A DNA stretch of 64,000 nt, taken from the NCBI RefSeq assembly GCF_009914755.1, contig NC_060934.1, one strand, 5' to 3'. Positions 23,326 to 44,900 of this stretch are shown in pieces; position 1 is the stretch's first letter, and every line of letters begins with the position of its first letter. The stretch is from the human T2T-CHM13v2.0 reference genome, Homo sapiens. The notes below the pieces were generated by a model. It did no database searches. It had not been told where the DNA came from and saw only the letters and a program-made list of their open reading frames with translations. The translations under genes and the position numbers were made by a program.

Positions 23326-24646
23326 GTTATTATTAAAAAAGAATCCACATAGTGTGACTGTAAACTCAGAGTCAGCCAAATGGAGTAATAAACTATGCAA
23401 CAGTTAAATACAAAATTATTTAAAGGATTTTTGCTTCCACCTATAAAAGGAATTTTTGCTTCCACCCATTCTCCAGTATTTGTGGTCTTAAACAACTGGC
23501 AAACTGGCCAAGATAGATGAAATAACTAGAAAACTGGAAAAATGTATGAAACAACTGTTTTAAGACTTGGATATTAGGAATTGCACAACCATGATTCTTG
23601 AAAGAAAGGAAGCAAATATGGCCAGTCTTATGATTGGCACAGCTTCTTGTCAGAAGGAAATTCCTAGACTATGGCATAGATAGAGATAACTCCAAACATA
23701 TTCTTATTCTTTGAAGCATAAATATTTCAGAGTTCAAGAAGTTTAAGGCAGCTGTAGTATGTGGACTAGCATACTGGAAAGGGAGCTAGCAGAGACAATT
23801 TGAGAAATCTGAGTACCAATCTGCATATGCAACGGGTCATGTTCTTTAAGGCTTGGCAAAGAACAGCTGCTGCCAAAGGAGCAATTATTGGGGAACTCAA
23901 AGACAAACACTTCCCAGATCTCATACAGAGTTGGGAATAATTCAAGCTCCCACCAGCCAAGACTCTTTCTCCTTCAGTTCCTGAGATGACAGTCTCTTTC
24001 TCCATTAGTATGGATTTTTGAAGATCCCATGGATATATTGGGAGTGGGCAAGGATTGGGCATGTTTGAGATGCTGTATTGATCTGCTTGGGCTGCCATAA
24101 CAAAATACCACAGACTTGGTGGCATAAACAACAGACATTTATTTTTGCATAATTCTGTAGGCTTGAAGTCCATCATCAAGGTGCTGGCAAATTCTCTTTC
24201 TGGTAAGTGCTTCCTGGCTTCTGGATTGCTGCCTTCTCACTATATCCTCACATGGCACTTCCTCATGGCTTGCAGGGTGGGGGATGGGGAGATAGAGCAT
24301 GTGCTCTAGTATCTCTTATTTGAAAGACATATTCTATTAGATCAGGGCCCACTCCTACTACCTTATTGAACCTTCCCTGCTGCCAAAGAGGCCCTATCTC
24401 AAAATAAAGCCACACTGGGGCTTATCGCTTCAATATATGAATTTTGGGGGGACACAAACATTTCATTTATTATATTCTGCTCCTAGCCCCTCAAAGTTCA
24501 TGTCCTTGCATTTGAAATACATGCATTCCATCCCAACAATCCCAAAAGTGTTACTCATTCCAGCATTAATTCTGTAGATCTGAAGTCCAAAGTGTCATCT
24601 AAATATTATCTAAATCATGAAAGGGTGACCATTGAGGTATGATTCA

Positions 24647-25274
<628 letters not shown>

Positions 25275-26240
25275 TTAACCTGGCCTGTTTAAACTGAAGA
25301 AATGGTGGCTTTATTCTTTGAAACCAAGGAGGGAGCCTTTATGATCTTTGGGGTCATTCTTCCCTTTCAAAGAATAGTGCATCTCCCAACCAAATAGCTC
25401 TGTTGTCCCATCCTGCAAAATCCAAGAAGCCCAGCAGTCTTCCCTTTTCCATCACCTTCAGTTCAATTTGACAGTATTTCTACTTATATAATCCCTTAAT
25501 CTCTCTGTTGAGCGGCAATCCAGTCACATCCTCAGTGTTTTCTTCAGAACATGCTTCTCTTTTGCAGTGTGGATAGGCTCAGAATTTTACAAATCTTTAA
25601 GTTCTTGTTCGCTTTTGCCAATCATTTCTTCAATTCTCTGTCTTCTCAGATTTTACTGTAAGCAATCAGAAAGACCCAGGCCACACCTTCCTTGTTTTGC
25701 TTAGAAATCTCAACTAAATATCTGGTTTTATCACTTGCAAATTCTACTTTCCACAAAACTAGAACACAACTCAGCCAGCTTTGCCACCTTATAACAAGGA
25801 TTGCCTTTCCTCCAGTTTCCAGTAACACGGTCCTCATTTCTGTTTAGGCCTCACCAGAATGGCCTTTCACATCCACATATCTATGAACATTGTGTTCATG
25901 TTGACATATGTATTCTGGGACAATAGAGGCTCTCTCTGTTTCTCTTACTTTCTTTTTGAGCTCTCACCAGAATTTCCTTTAATCTTAGTATTTTCACCAA
26001 CAGTCCCTTAAGGCAATCTAGGCTTTTTCTAGCATGTACTTTAAAGCTCTTTTGGCCTCTTCCCATCACCCAGTCCCAAAGCCACTTGCACATTTTTAGG
26101 TATTATAGCAGCACCCCACTTTATGGTGCCAAAATCTGCATCAGTATGCTTGTGCTGCCTTAAGATACTACAGAAGGGGCCAGGTGCAGTGGCTCATGCC
26201 TGTAATCCTAGCACTTTGGGAGGCCAAAGCCAGCAGATCA

Positions 26241-26507
<267 letters not shown>

Positions 26508-26744
26508 TTAACTAACAGAAACTTATTCTCTCACAGTTCTGAAGGCTAGAAGTCCCAGACTGAGTTCCTGGAAGATTAAGTTTCTTGTGAGTGCTCTCTT
26601 TGTTCCTGGCTTACAGATGGCCACCTTCTTGCTATGTCCTCACATAGCCAGCCAGCCAGCCTTCCTTCCTTCCTTTCTTCCTTCCTTCCTCTTCCTTCTT
26701 CTTCCTTCCTTCTTCTTCTTTTCTTTTTCCTTCCTTCGTTCCTT

Positions 26745-27863
26745 TGTTGTGGAAAGTCAGGGACCCTGAACGGAGGGACTGGCTGGAGCTGTGGCAAAGG
26801 AACATAAATTGTGAAGATTTCATTTTAATATGGACATATATCAGTTCCCAAATAATACTTTTATAATTTCTTACACCTGTCTTTACTTCAATCTCTGAAC
26901 ATAAATTGAGAATATTTCATTTTAATATGGACATTTATCAATTCCCCAATAATACTTTTATAATTTCTTATGCCTGTCTTTAATCTCTTAATCCTGTTAT
27001 CTTCGTAAGCTGAGAACATACGTCACCTCAGGACTATTGTGATAATTTTGTTAACTGTACAAATTGATTGTAAAACGTGTGTTTGAACAATATGAAATCA
27101 GTGCACCTTGAAAAAAACAGAATAACAGTGATTTTCAGGGAACAAGGGAAGACAACCATAAGGTCTGACTGCCTGTGGGGTCAGGCAAAATAGAGCCATA
27201 TTTTTCATCTTTCAGAGAGCCTATAAAAGGATGTGCAAGTAGGGAAGATATCACTAAATTATTTTCCTAGCAAGAAATATTAATAAATAATACCCTGGGG
27301 AAGGAATGCCTTCCTTGCGGGAGGACTATAAGTGGCCGCTCTCGGAGTGTCTGTCTTAGGCAGTCTCTGAGATAAGGACTGAAATACGCCCTGGTCTCCT
27401 GCAGTACCCTCAGGCTTACTAGGATTGGGAAACTCCACCATGGTAAATTTGTGGTCAGACTGGTTCTCTGCTCTTGAACCCTGTTTTCTTTTGTTTAAGA
27501 TGTTTATCAAGACAATATGTGCACAGCTGAACATAGATCCTTATCAGTAGTTCTGATTTTGCCCTTGTCCTGTTTCCTCAAAAGCATGTGATCTTTATTC
27601 TGCCTTTTGTCCTTTGAAGCATGTGATCTTTGTGACCTACTCCCTATTCGTACACCCCCTCCCCTTTTGAAATCCTTAATAAAAACTTGCTGGTTTTGTG
27701 GCTCAAGTGGACATCACAGTCCTATCGATATGTGATATCACCCCCAGAGGCCCAGCTGTAAAATTCCTCTCTTTGTACTCTTTCCTTTATTTCTCAGCCA
27801 GCCATCACTTATGGAAAATAGAAAGAATCTACATTGAAATATTGGGGGCTGTTTCCCCCGATA
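26745..27863 (+). mobile_element. MER11 solo LTR (HERV-K11/HML-8)
   Basis: Begins TGTTGTGGAAAGTCAGGGACCCTGAACGGAGGGAC, has an internal repeat of GAACATAAATTG...TAATACTTTTATAATTTC, AATAAA near 27678, and ends CCCCCGATA. Confidence 0.88.
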
Positions 27864-27961
27864 TTTTTCCTTCCTTCTTTCTTTTCTTTCTTTCTCTTTT
27901 TTCTCTCTCTTTCTTCTTTCTTTCTCTCTCCTTCCTTTCCTTCCCCTCCTTCTCTTCTCTT

Positions 27962-28943
<982 letters not shown>

Positions 28944-29552
28944 TCACATAGCCTTTCTTTGGTGCTTCAGTGCAGAGAGAGAGAGAGACAGAGAGCTCCC
29001 TGATGTCTCTCCCTATAAGGATACCAATCCTATCAGAGCCGGATGCCACCCTTATGACCTCATTTTACCTTAGTTGCATCCTTAATTGAGGATGTAATTT
29101 GGAGGCAGAATCTCCAAATACAGCTGTATTGGGGATTATGACTTCAACATAGGAGACGCAAACATTCAGTCCATAACAAAAGCTTAAAATGAGCCTTTCA
29201 GGCCCCAATTACTCAGCCTTTTCTCCTCCCATTGGAGCCTCTATCTCTTCATCTATAAGTGGGTAGAATTATCTATATCTGGAAGAGTGGAACTAAGCCT
29301 TGAACAAACCATTATTACTTGTCTAATGTGTGCCCCCTGCCTCGTGCTCAGTGGGTCCAAGAGAGGGAGCTCAGATGTTAAGGCTGCACAAGTACAGCTT
29401 AGCGCCTGGGTGCCATCATGTTCTGTGGTCTCAGAGTAACATTCTGTTAAAGAGAAAGGGAAATTGAGAGAGATTAGGAACCACACTCAGTCTCCGTGGA
29501 GTGTTAGGGCCCTCATGTCTTCCTCAGCATTGATAGTTCCTGGGTTCATGGC

Positions 29553-29977
29553 TGATATGGTCAGGATGTGTGTCCCCTCCACATTTCATGTTGAAATATG
29601 ACCTCCACTGTCAGAGGTCGGGCCTAGTGAGGTACTGGATCATGGGGGCGGATCCCTCATGAATGGCTTAGCACCATTCCCTTGGTGATGAGTGAGTTCT
29701 TGGTCAGTTCTCTGGAGAGCTGAGTGCCGGTTGTTTTAAAGAGTTTGGCCCCTCCTTCCTCAGGTCTCTCTTCTTCCTCTCTTGCCATGTGATGCGCTGG
29801 CTCACCCTTTGCCTTCCAGCATCATTGGAAGCTTCCTGAAGCCCTCAGCAGAAGCTGAGCAGATGCTGGCACCATGCTTCCTGTACAGCCTGCAGAACCA
29901 TGAGCCAAGTAAGCCTCTTTTCATAAATTACCAGCCTCAGGTGTTCCTTTATGGCAATGCGATAATGGGCTAACACA
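29553..29977 (+). mobile_element. Solo MST-type MaLR LTR
   Basis: TGATATGG...GGGCTAACACA; flanks ATGGC/GTGGC. Confidence 0.85.
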
Positions 29978-30034
29978 GTGGCCCTGGGCTCAGGATTAAC
30001 AAGGCTGTGCTAGCACCAAGCAATCATACTGGAA

Positions 30035-32540
<2,506 letters not shown>

Positions 32541-32734
32541 CTAGAAGAGAACATCATACACATAAATTCATTGCATTATACAAATAAACACCTGATTGAC
32601 AGATCACATCATGTGAAATTTATATAGAAAATAATTGATACAGGTTATAATAATTTATGCAAAGATAATATTAGAAAAATTGGAAAAGATTAAATTATGC
32701 AGAATTGAAAATTCACTTAAGAATAAAAGAGGCA

Positions 32735-33582
32735 TCTGGGAGGTGAGGAGTGCCTCTGCCCGGCCGCCCCGTCTGGGAAGTGAGGAGCGCCTCTGCCCGG
32801 CTGCCCATCATCTGGGAAGTGAGGAGCACCTCTGCCCGGCTGCCCATCATCTGGGAAGTGAGGAGCACCTCTGCCCTGCCACCCATAGTCTGGGAGGTGA
32901 GGAGCGCCTCTGCCTGGCTGCCCTGTCTGGGGAGTGAGGAGCGCCTCTGCCCGGCTGCCCCGTCTGGGGAGTGAGAAGCGCCTCTGCCTGGCTGCTGTGC
33001 AATCTTCCAAGTGTGAAGTGACAGCCTTTCTGCAGGTGTACCCAACAGCTCCAAAGAGACAGCGACCATCAAGAACGGGCCATGATGACGATGGCGGTTT
33101 TGTCGAAAAGAAAAGGGGGAAATGTGGGGAAAAGAAAGAGAGATCAGATTGTTACTGTGTCTGTGTAGAAAGAAGTAGACATAGGAGACTCCATTTTGTT
33201 CTGTACTAAGAGAAATTCTTCTGCCTTGGGATGCTGTTAATCTATTACCTTACCCCCAACCCCGTGCTCTCTGAAACATGTGCTGTGTCCACTCAGGGTT
33301 AAATGGATTAAGGGCGGTGCAAGATGTGCTTTGTTAAACAGATGCTTGAAGGCAGCATGCTCGTTAAGAGTCATCACCACTCCCTAATCTCAAGTACCCA
33401 GGGACACAAACACTGCAGAAGGCCGCAGGGTCCTCTGCCTAGGAAAACCAGAGACCTTTGTTCACGTGTTTATCTGCTGACCTTCTCTCCACTATTATCC
33501 TATGACCCTGCCACATCCCCCTCTCTGAGAAACACCCAAGAATGATCAATAAATACTAAAAAAACAAACAAACAAACAAAAA
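32735..33582 (+). mobile_element. 5'-truncated SVA (partial VNTR + SINE-R + A tail; SVA_A-like)
   Basis: About 7 units of TCTGGGAAGTGAGGAGCGCCTCTGCCCGGC, HERV-K-derived SINE-R, AATAAA at 33548-33553, TSD AAAAGAGGCA at 32725-32734 and 33583-33592. Confidence 0.95.
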
Positions 33583-33592
33583 AAAAGAGGCA

Positions 33593-36637
<3,045 letters not shown>

Positions 36638-37083
36638 CCAAAGGGCTTTTAAGAAGAAACTTTCCTATGCATTTATTTACTAGACAAATCCATTGAGCTT
36701 GTGGCACAGACGGGTTGAAGTGTGTTACCTCTTCAGCAGAACTGGTCCTTTTTTTCAGTTGCATTTTTATTTACTTAGAAGTTAAAGTCATAGAGTATGA
36801 ATAAAAATCTCCTGCCTAAAAAATGTTTGATTAAAAATGTCCAGTTTATTATACATATTTAAATATTATGAATGTGGCTGTTAGACTGATTTTTTTTTCT
36901 CTGCAAGTTTTTATACAGGCTAAATGGATTTAAAAAGTGTCATGCAAGTACTAGGTATTAAAATTAGCTTTATTGAATTAAAATTTATGAACAATAATAT
37001 CTGCCAATGTCATTAAATGGACAATTTAAGGAATTTTTGACAAATATATACATCTGTGTTACCACCACCGCAAACATATATTG

Positions 37084-37283
37084 CAGCGGTTGGCAAACGT
37101 TTTCTGTAAAGGGCCACATAGTAAATGCTTTAAGTTTTGCATGACGTCCGGTCTCTGTCACAACTACTCAACTCTGCAACTGTAGTGCAAAATACATATA
37201 TGAACAAATCCTTATTCCAATAAAACTTACAAAACCAGGTGGCAGGCTGAATTGGGCCTGTGCACTGTAGTTTGTTGACATGA
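37084..37283 (+). mobile_element. MER58A-like hAT-Charlie MITE
   Basis: CAGCGGTTGGCAAACGTTTTCTGTAAAGGGCC...GTAGTTTGTTGAC. A related fragment lies at about 14735-14790. Confidence 0.8.
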
Positions 37284-37477
37284 TATAGAATCTTTCCATC
37301 ACTGCAAAAATGTCCTTATGCCACTTTGTAATTATTTCTTTTTCACATCCCCACCCACTGGCAACAACTGGTCTGCTGCTTATCACTAGTTTTGTCTTTT
37401 CTACAGTTTCATAAAAGTAGAATTGTAATCATGCAGTGTGTATTCTTTTTTGCCTGGCTTTTTTACTTAGCATAACA

Positions 37478-37637
37478 GTTACAAGATTCATCTGTGTGTT
37501 CTATTTATGCACGTTACAAGATTCATCTGTGTGTTCTATTTATGCGTGTTACAAGATTCATCTGTGTGTTCTATTTATGCACGTTACAAGATTCATCTGT
37601 GTGTTCTATTGGTGCATGTTCTATTGGTGCATGTTCT
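37478..37637. repeat. 35-bp minisatellite, about 3.8 copies, followed by a 15-bp duplication
   Basis: Unit GTTACAAGATTCATCTGTGTGTTCTATTTATGCAC starts at 37478, 37513, 37548 and 37583. Confidence 0.95.
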
Positions 37638-37815
37638 GCAATATTTTAAACTCTACAATGTAGGACATTTAGGTTATCTCCAGTTTTGGGCTACTATGAG
37701 GAAAGGTGTAATGAACATTTATGTATAGGTTTTCTGTGAACATAAGTTTAATTTCTCTGGGAAAAAGGCACAAGGGTACAACTGCTGGGTCATATAGTGT
37801 TTGTTTACATTTTAA

Positions 37816-38262
<447 letters not shown>

Positions 38263-40112
38263 TAATATGTGTGTAGTGATAACTCATTCTGGTTTGAATT
38301 TATATTTCTCTAATGGCTGTTTGACGTCTTCTTATGTGCTTATCTGCCATTTGTATCTTCACTTTAGTGAAATGTGTCTTTGTATCTTTTGTTCATTCTC
38401 TAACTGGATTGTTTGTTTTCTTACTGTTGAATTTTGAAAGTTCTTACTTGATACAATCCTTTGTCAGATATGGTTTATAAACATTTTCTTCCAGTATGTA
38501 GCTTGAGACAGAGTCTGGCTCTGTCACCCAGGCTGGAGTACAGTGGCACGATCTCGGCTCACTGCAACCTCTGCCTCCCTGCAACCTGCACCTCCCAAGT
38601 TCAAGCTAGTCTCCTGCCTCAGCCACCCAAGTAGCTGGGATTACAGGCACCTGCCACCATGTCCAGCTAATTTTTTTTTTTTTTTTAAGTAGAGGCGGAG
38701 TTTCACCATGTTGGCCAGGCTGGTCTCGAACTCCTGACCTCAGGTGATCCGCCTACCTCGGCCTTCTTTTCATCTTCTTAAAGGGTCTTTTACAGTGCAA
38801 ACGTTTTAAATTTTGATAAAATTCTATTTTTTCCATTTATTGTTTTATGCATTATGATTTTAATATGTCAAGAACTCTTTGCCTAGCTTATGTACTAAAG
38901 ATTTTCTCCAGTGTTTTCTTCGGCAAGTGGTATAGTTTTAAATTTAAAACCAGGATCCATTTTGAATTAATTTTTGTATTAGGTGTGAGGTTTAGGTTGA
39001 AGTTTTTTTTTTTCTGACTTATGGCTATCTATTTGCTCCAGCACTGTTTAAAATATTGTCCTTTCTCCATTGAATTGCTTTTGCGCTTTTATCAAAAACT
39101 AGTTTTCTTTACTTGTGTGGGTCTATTTCTGGATTCTCTCTTCTGTTCCATTAAACTGTTTTATCTCTGCCAATTCCAAACTGTTTGATTGTTTTTTAAC
39201 TATAAGGAAGTCTTAAAGTCAGGTAGAATGATTTCTTTCATTGTATTCTTTTTCAAAAACATTTTCAGTGGTTGCAGTTCCTTTGCCCTGCCATATAAAT
39301 TTCAGAGTAAGCCTGCATACATCAACAAAAAAATCTTGCTGAGATTTTGATAGGAATTATGTTAAAACTACAGATCAGTTTGAAGAGAATTGACATCTCA
39401 AATATCAATGAATATGTATGTCTCGACTTATTTAGATCTTCTTCGATTTCTTTTATTAGTGTTTTGTAATTTTCAGCATACAAGTCCTATACATGTTTTA
39501 TTAGATTTATACCTAAGTAATTTTTTTATTGTTGAGTGATTGTAAATGGTATTCAGCCTTTAACCTCAGTTTTCACATAATCATTGCTAGCACACAGAAA
39601 TGCAGTTGATATTGGTATGCTGATCTTGTATTCTGTGATCCTGATGAACTCATTTATTCTCGTCGTGTGTGTATGCATGTATCCCTTTGAATTTTCTGTG
39701 TAGATAATTGTGTCATTTGCAAACAGTGACAGTTTTTAAAAATCTATATGTCTTTTTCCTTTTTATTGCCTTATTGCACTGACTAGGACTTCGTGTACTA
39801 TGCTGAATAAGAGCTGTGGGAGTGGAATCCCTGCCTTGTTCCCAATCTTATGAAGAAAGCACTGCTTTTTTTTTTTTTTTTTTACCATTAAGTATGATAG
39901 TAACTGTACATATTTTTAGGTGCTCTGTGTAAAGCTGAGGAGGTTTCTCTCTTTTCCTAGCTTGGTGAGGTTACTATGAATGGGTGTTGAATTTTGTCAC
40001 ATTTTTTCCTACATTATTTGATATGTGCTTTTGCTTCATTGGCCTATTAATATGGTGGATTAATATATTGAACTATTCTTGCCTTCGTGGAATAAGCCTC
40101 ACTTAGTTGTAG

Positions 40113-40327
<215 letters not shown>

Positions 40328-40924
40328 TAAAAGAGATGGGGTTTCTCCATGTTGGCCAGGCTGGTCTCGAGCTCCTGACCTCAGGTGATCCACCCACCTC
40401 GGCCTCCCAAAGTGCTGGGATTACAGGCATGAGCCACCATGCCCAGCCTCAATTTGCTAATGTTTTTTGAGGACTTTGTGTATGCAGGATATGAAGGGTA
40501 TTGATCTGTATCCTGTATCCTTCAATATTAAGGATATTGGGCTGGGTATGGTATGTAATGTAATGTAATGAAAACTGTAATCCCAGTTTTCTTAGTACTA
40601 CTGTCTGACAACTTTGGTATTAGGAAAATATTGGCATCATAAAATGAATTTGTACTTCTCTGATGATTAATGATATTGACCATCCTTTCAGGTGCTTACT
40701 GACCATTTGCATATGTTCCTTCATAAAATGCCCATTCTTTTGTCTAGTTTTTTTTCTTTTTCTTTTTCTTTTTTTTTTTTTAGGCAGAATTTTGCTCTTG
40801 TTGTCCAGGCTGGAGGGCAGTGGTGCGATCTTGGCTCACTGCAACCTCTGCCTCCTGGGTTCAAGTGATTCTCCTGCCTCAGCCTCCTGAGTAGCTGAGA
40901 TTGCAGACGACCGCCACCACACCC

Positions 40925-40981
<57 letters not shown>

Positions 40982-41671
40982 TATTTTTAGTAGAGACGGG
41001 GTTTCACCATGTTGATCAGGCTGGTCTCAAACTCTTGACCTCAGGTGATCCGCCCACCTCAGCCTCCCACAGTACTGGGATTACAGGCGTGAGATACCGT
41101 GCCTGGCCTTTTGTCCAGTTTTGAATGTTTTTCTGAATTACTGGGTTGTAAGAGTCTTTAATATATTCTGTATATAAGTCCTTCTTCATCACATATTTGT
41201 CCTATAAATATTTCCCCCCACTCCATAACTTTCGTTTCTTGATATGAAGTTTCAAACAACATAAGTTTTAAAACTGATGAAACCCAACTTAATTTTTTCT
41301 TCTAAGATTTACGTTTTTCATGTCCTCTTTAATGAAGATTTTCTTCTAGGCACTTTATGGTTTTCATGCTTATATTACTCATTTTTCCCCTATACAAAGA
41401 TTCAATTGTTACAGAACTGTGTTGAAAACTCTATCTTTTCCCTTTATCTTTGCATCTTTGTTGAAAACCACTTGAAAATATATGGGTGAGTCCAATTCTG
41501 TTTACCTGTATGTGTAGCCTAGATCCAGTACCATACTATCTTGATCACTATATCTTTAGTTTTGAAAAAAGTCTGTAATCCCAGCACTTTGGGAGGCTGA
41601 GGCAGGTGGATCACCTGAGGTCAGGAGTTCAAGATCAGCCTGGTCAACATGGTGAAACCTCGTCTCTACTA

Positions 41672-41902
<231 letters not shown>

Positions 41903-44900
41903 TCATGCATACAGTGTATCTATTTATTTTTAGGACTTATTTACTTTTTTCTAGCATTAGTACATGTTTTGTAGCTTTAGTACAGGTCTAGTAACTTTGT
42001 CCCTACATTTCATAATTTTGATGCCGTTTTCATACTTTCAACTTTTTAAAAATATTGAGCTTGTATCCTGTGACCTTGCTAAACATACTTACTAGTTTTA
42101 AAAACATTTTCAGACACTTTATGCTTTTCCATATAGACAATCATGTCACAGCAGTCTCATGCCTTCTTTCACATTCTGTATCCCTTTTCTTTGAGACAGG
42201 GTCTCACTCTGTCGCCCAGGCTGGAGTGCAGTGGTGCGATCACAGCTCCCTGCAGCCTTGATCTCCTGGGCCTCCAGTGATCCTCCTGTTCAGCCTCCTG
42301 AGTAGGTGGCACTACAGGCACATGCCACTATGCCTGGCTAATTTTTATTTAAGTTTTGGTAGAAATGAGGTCTCACTATATTGTCCAGGTTAGTCTTGAA
42401 CTCCTAAGCTCAAGCAATCTTCCCACCTTGGCCTCCCAAAAATGCCAGGATTTTAGGCATGAGCTACCACACCCAGCCTCTTTTTTATTGGCTTATTGTA
42501 CTGGCTAGGACATCCACTACAAGGTTGACTGGAAGTGGTGACTAGACATCTTTCTCTTGTTTCCAATCTTAGGAGAAAAGTGCTTTTTACTTCACCAGTA
42601 AGTACGATGTCAGATGTAGGTTCTCCCATAGATGCTCTTTCTTAGATTCTTGAAACTCAATTTAATTCCTAATCAACTGAGCGGTTTTATCATGAATGGG
42701 TGTTAAATTTTTTCAAATGTTTTCCTACATTAAAAAAATTGTGGTTTTTCTTTTTAATATTAATATGAAACATTGCTTTTTGAATGTTAAAGCTTGCATT
42801 TCTAGGATAAACCCTACTTGGCCATATGTGTTTCCTTTTATAGATTGCTGTGTTCAACTTGGTATTTTAAAAAGGATTTTTACATCTATATTAAGAGATA
42901 TTGATCTATGAGTTTTTCCTATGATGTCCTTTTTGGCTTTGGTATCTGGGCAATGTTGGTCTCATGACTTTTCTTTGGGGGAAGGTTATCAGCTAAAAAT
43001 TCAATTTAATAGGACTATTCAAGTTCTCTCAAGTGGGCTTTGGTTCTATAGTCCTTAGGATAAAATTTTCCAATTCATTTAAGTTGCTGAATTTATTGGA
43101 ATTAAGTTACTAATAAAATTCCTGTATTACCTTCTTGGTGTATAGGACCTATAGTGATATTTACTCTTTCATTCCTGATACAGGAATCCTTTCAACCCTT
43201 TCAAAGAGTTAGGTTTTGGTTCCATTAAATTTTCTCTATTGTTTGTCCACTTGTGATTTTTGTGACTTTTAGCTCTGTATCATCTCCTGTTCTACTTGCT
43301 TTGGATGATTTCTGTTCTTTTTCTCATTTCGTAAGGTGGAAGTTTAGACTATCGAATTGAAATCTTTATCTCTGATTTCACCTCTAAGCACTGCTTTAGC
43401 TACATTTCACAAATTCTGACATATTCATTCAGTTCAAAATATTTTCAAATTTTTCTTACTTTCTCTTTATTGCTCATTTAGGAGTATGTTGTTTAATTTC
43501 CAAATACTAAGAGATTGTTCAGACATCTTTGTTATTGGTCTCTTACTTAATTCTGTCCTGGTGAGAGAATATACCTTGTATGGTTTTCATTCTTTAAAAA
43601 ATTTTAAGACTGTTTTATTACAGTCCATAGTAGGCACACTTGAAAAGAATGTATACAGGTTGGGCACAGTGGCTCACATATGTAATCCCAGTGCTTTGGG
43701 AGGTCCTGGAGGGAGGATTGCTTGAGCCTGTGAGTTCGAGACCAGCCTAGGCAACAGAGCTAGACTCCATCCCTACAAAAATAAAAAATAGCTGGGTGTG
43801 GTGGCACATGCCTATAGTCCTAGCTACTCTGGAGGCTGAGACAGGAGGATTGATTGAACCCAGGAATTCAAGGTTGCAATTAACTCATTGCACCACTGCA
43901 CTTCAGCCTGGGTGAAAGAGTGACACACTGTCCCTAAAAAATAAAAATATATTAATATATCATGCTAATGAGTGTTCTACAAATGCCAATTAGTCAAGTT
44001 AGTTGATAGTGCTGTTCAAGGCTTATACCTCCTAAGTGACTTGTGCTATCAATTACTTATTTAACTATCTAATTATAATTGAAATTGTGCCTCTTTCAAT
44101 TTTGCCAGTTTTTATTTCATGAATTTTGAAGCTCTGTTTATGTGTACTTAAGCTAGAAAGTAGCTTTGCTGTAGGATTCCCGAATTCCCATAATACAGAG
44201 GTCTTTCCCTTGGGGCCATTCAACTTCTGCAGAGAAGAAACTTCCCATTTCTTGCTGGACGTTAAACCTCTGGTCAGCCACGTACAGGAGTTGGGGAGCA
44301 GTGTGTGTTTATGTAATGAGGAGGTATGTTCCATATACAAATGGCCATTAGTTTCATTGCTTTCTCTTCACATCTCACTCCCATCTTCCAAGGTACTAAG
44401 CATTTCTGAGCCTGGTGCCAAATTGGTTCCTTCTTTTCCTTATCCCCATATGCAAGCAGCATAACTGTGCCTGCTTCTGCTCTACTGGCTATCTTTCCAT
44501 CTTTCAAATTTTCATTTGCTGATAGTCTTTCTCCTATTCTCCTTATTGCTGTAGTTTGATAAATTAAATTTTCCTCGCATCTTAATGTTGTCCAATGTGA
44601 TGAGACATGTTTAACAAAAGTGCATTCTCGAATACTTTCTGTGCTAGCCATTTTTAGCTTATCAAGCCCCAACATGATTTCTGCAGCCTCTAAGCTGCCC
44701 CCTGCTCCTTATGTATTCATTTTTCCAGCTCTGCCTCTGGAACCTATTTGTTATTATCACCTGCTCTCAGGTACCCCTCCTGAGTAGCTGGGTCTGCAGG
44801 TCTGTGCCAGCACACCAGCTAATTTTTGCACTTTTTTATAGAGACAAGATTTTGCCATGTTGCCCAGGCTGGTCACGAACTCCTAGGCTCAAGTGATGCA

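Noticed and set aside
26800-26985. Internal ~97-bp direct repeat
   Set aside because: An intrinsic feature of MER11 LTRs.
32635-33072. Repetitive ORFs on both strands
   Set aside because: Translation of the SVA VNTR.
37478-37612. 35-bp repeats of CRISPR-like length
   Set aside because: Head-to-tail with no unique spacers, no cas genes and a primate context: a minisatellite.
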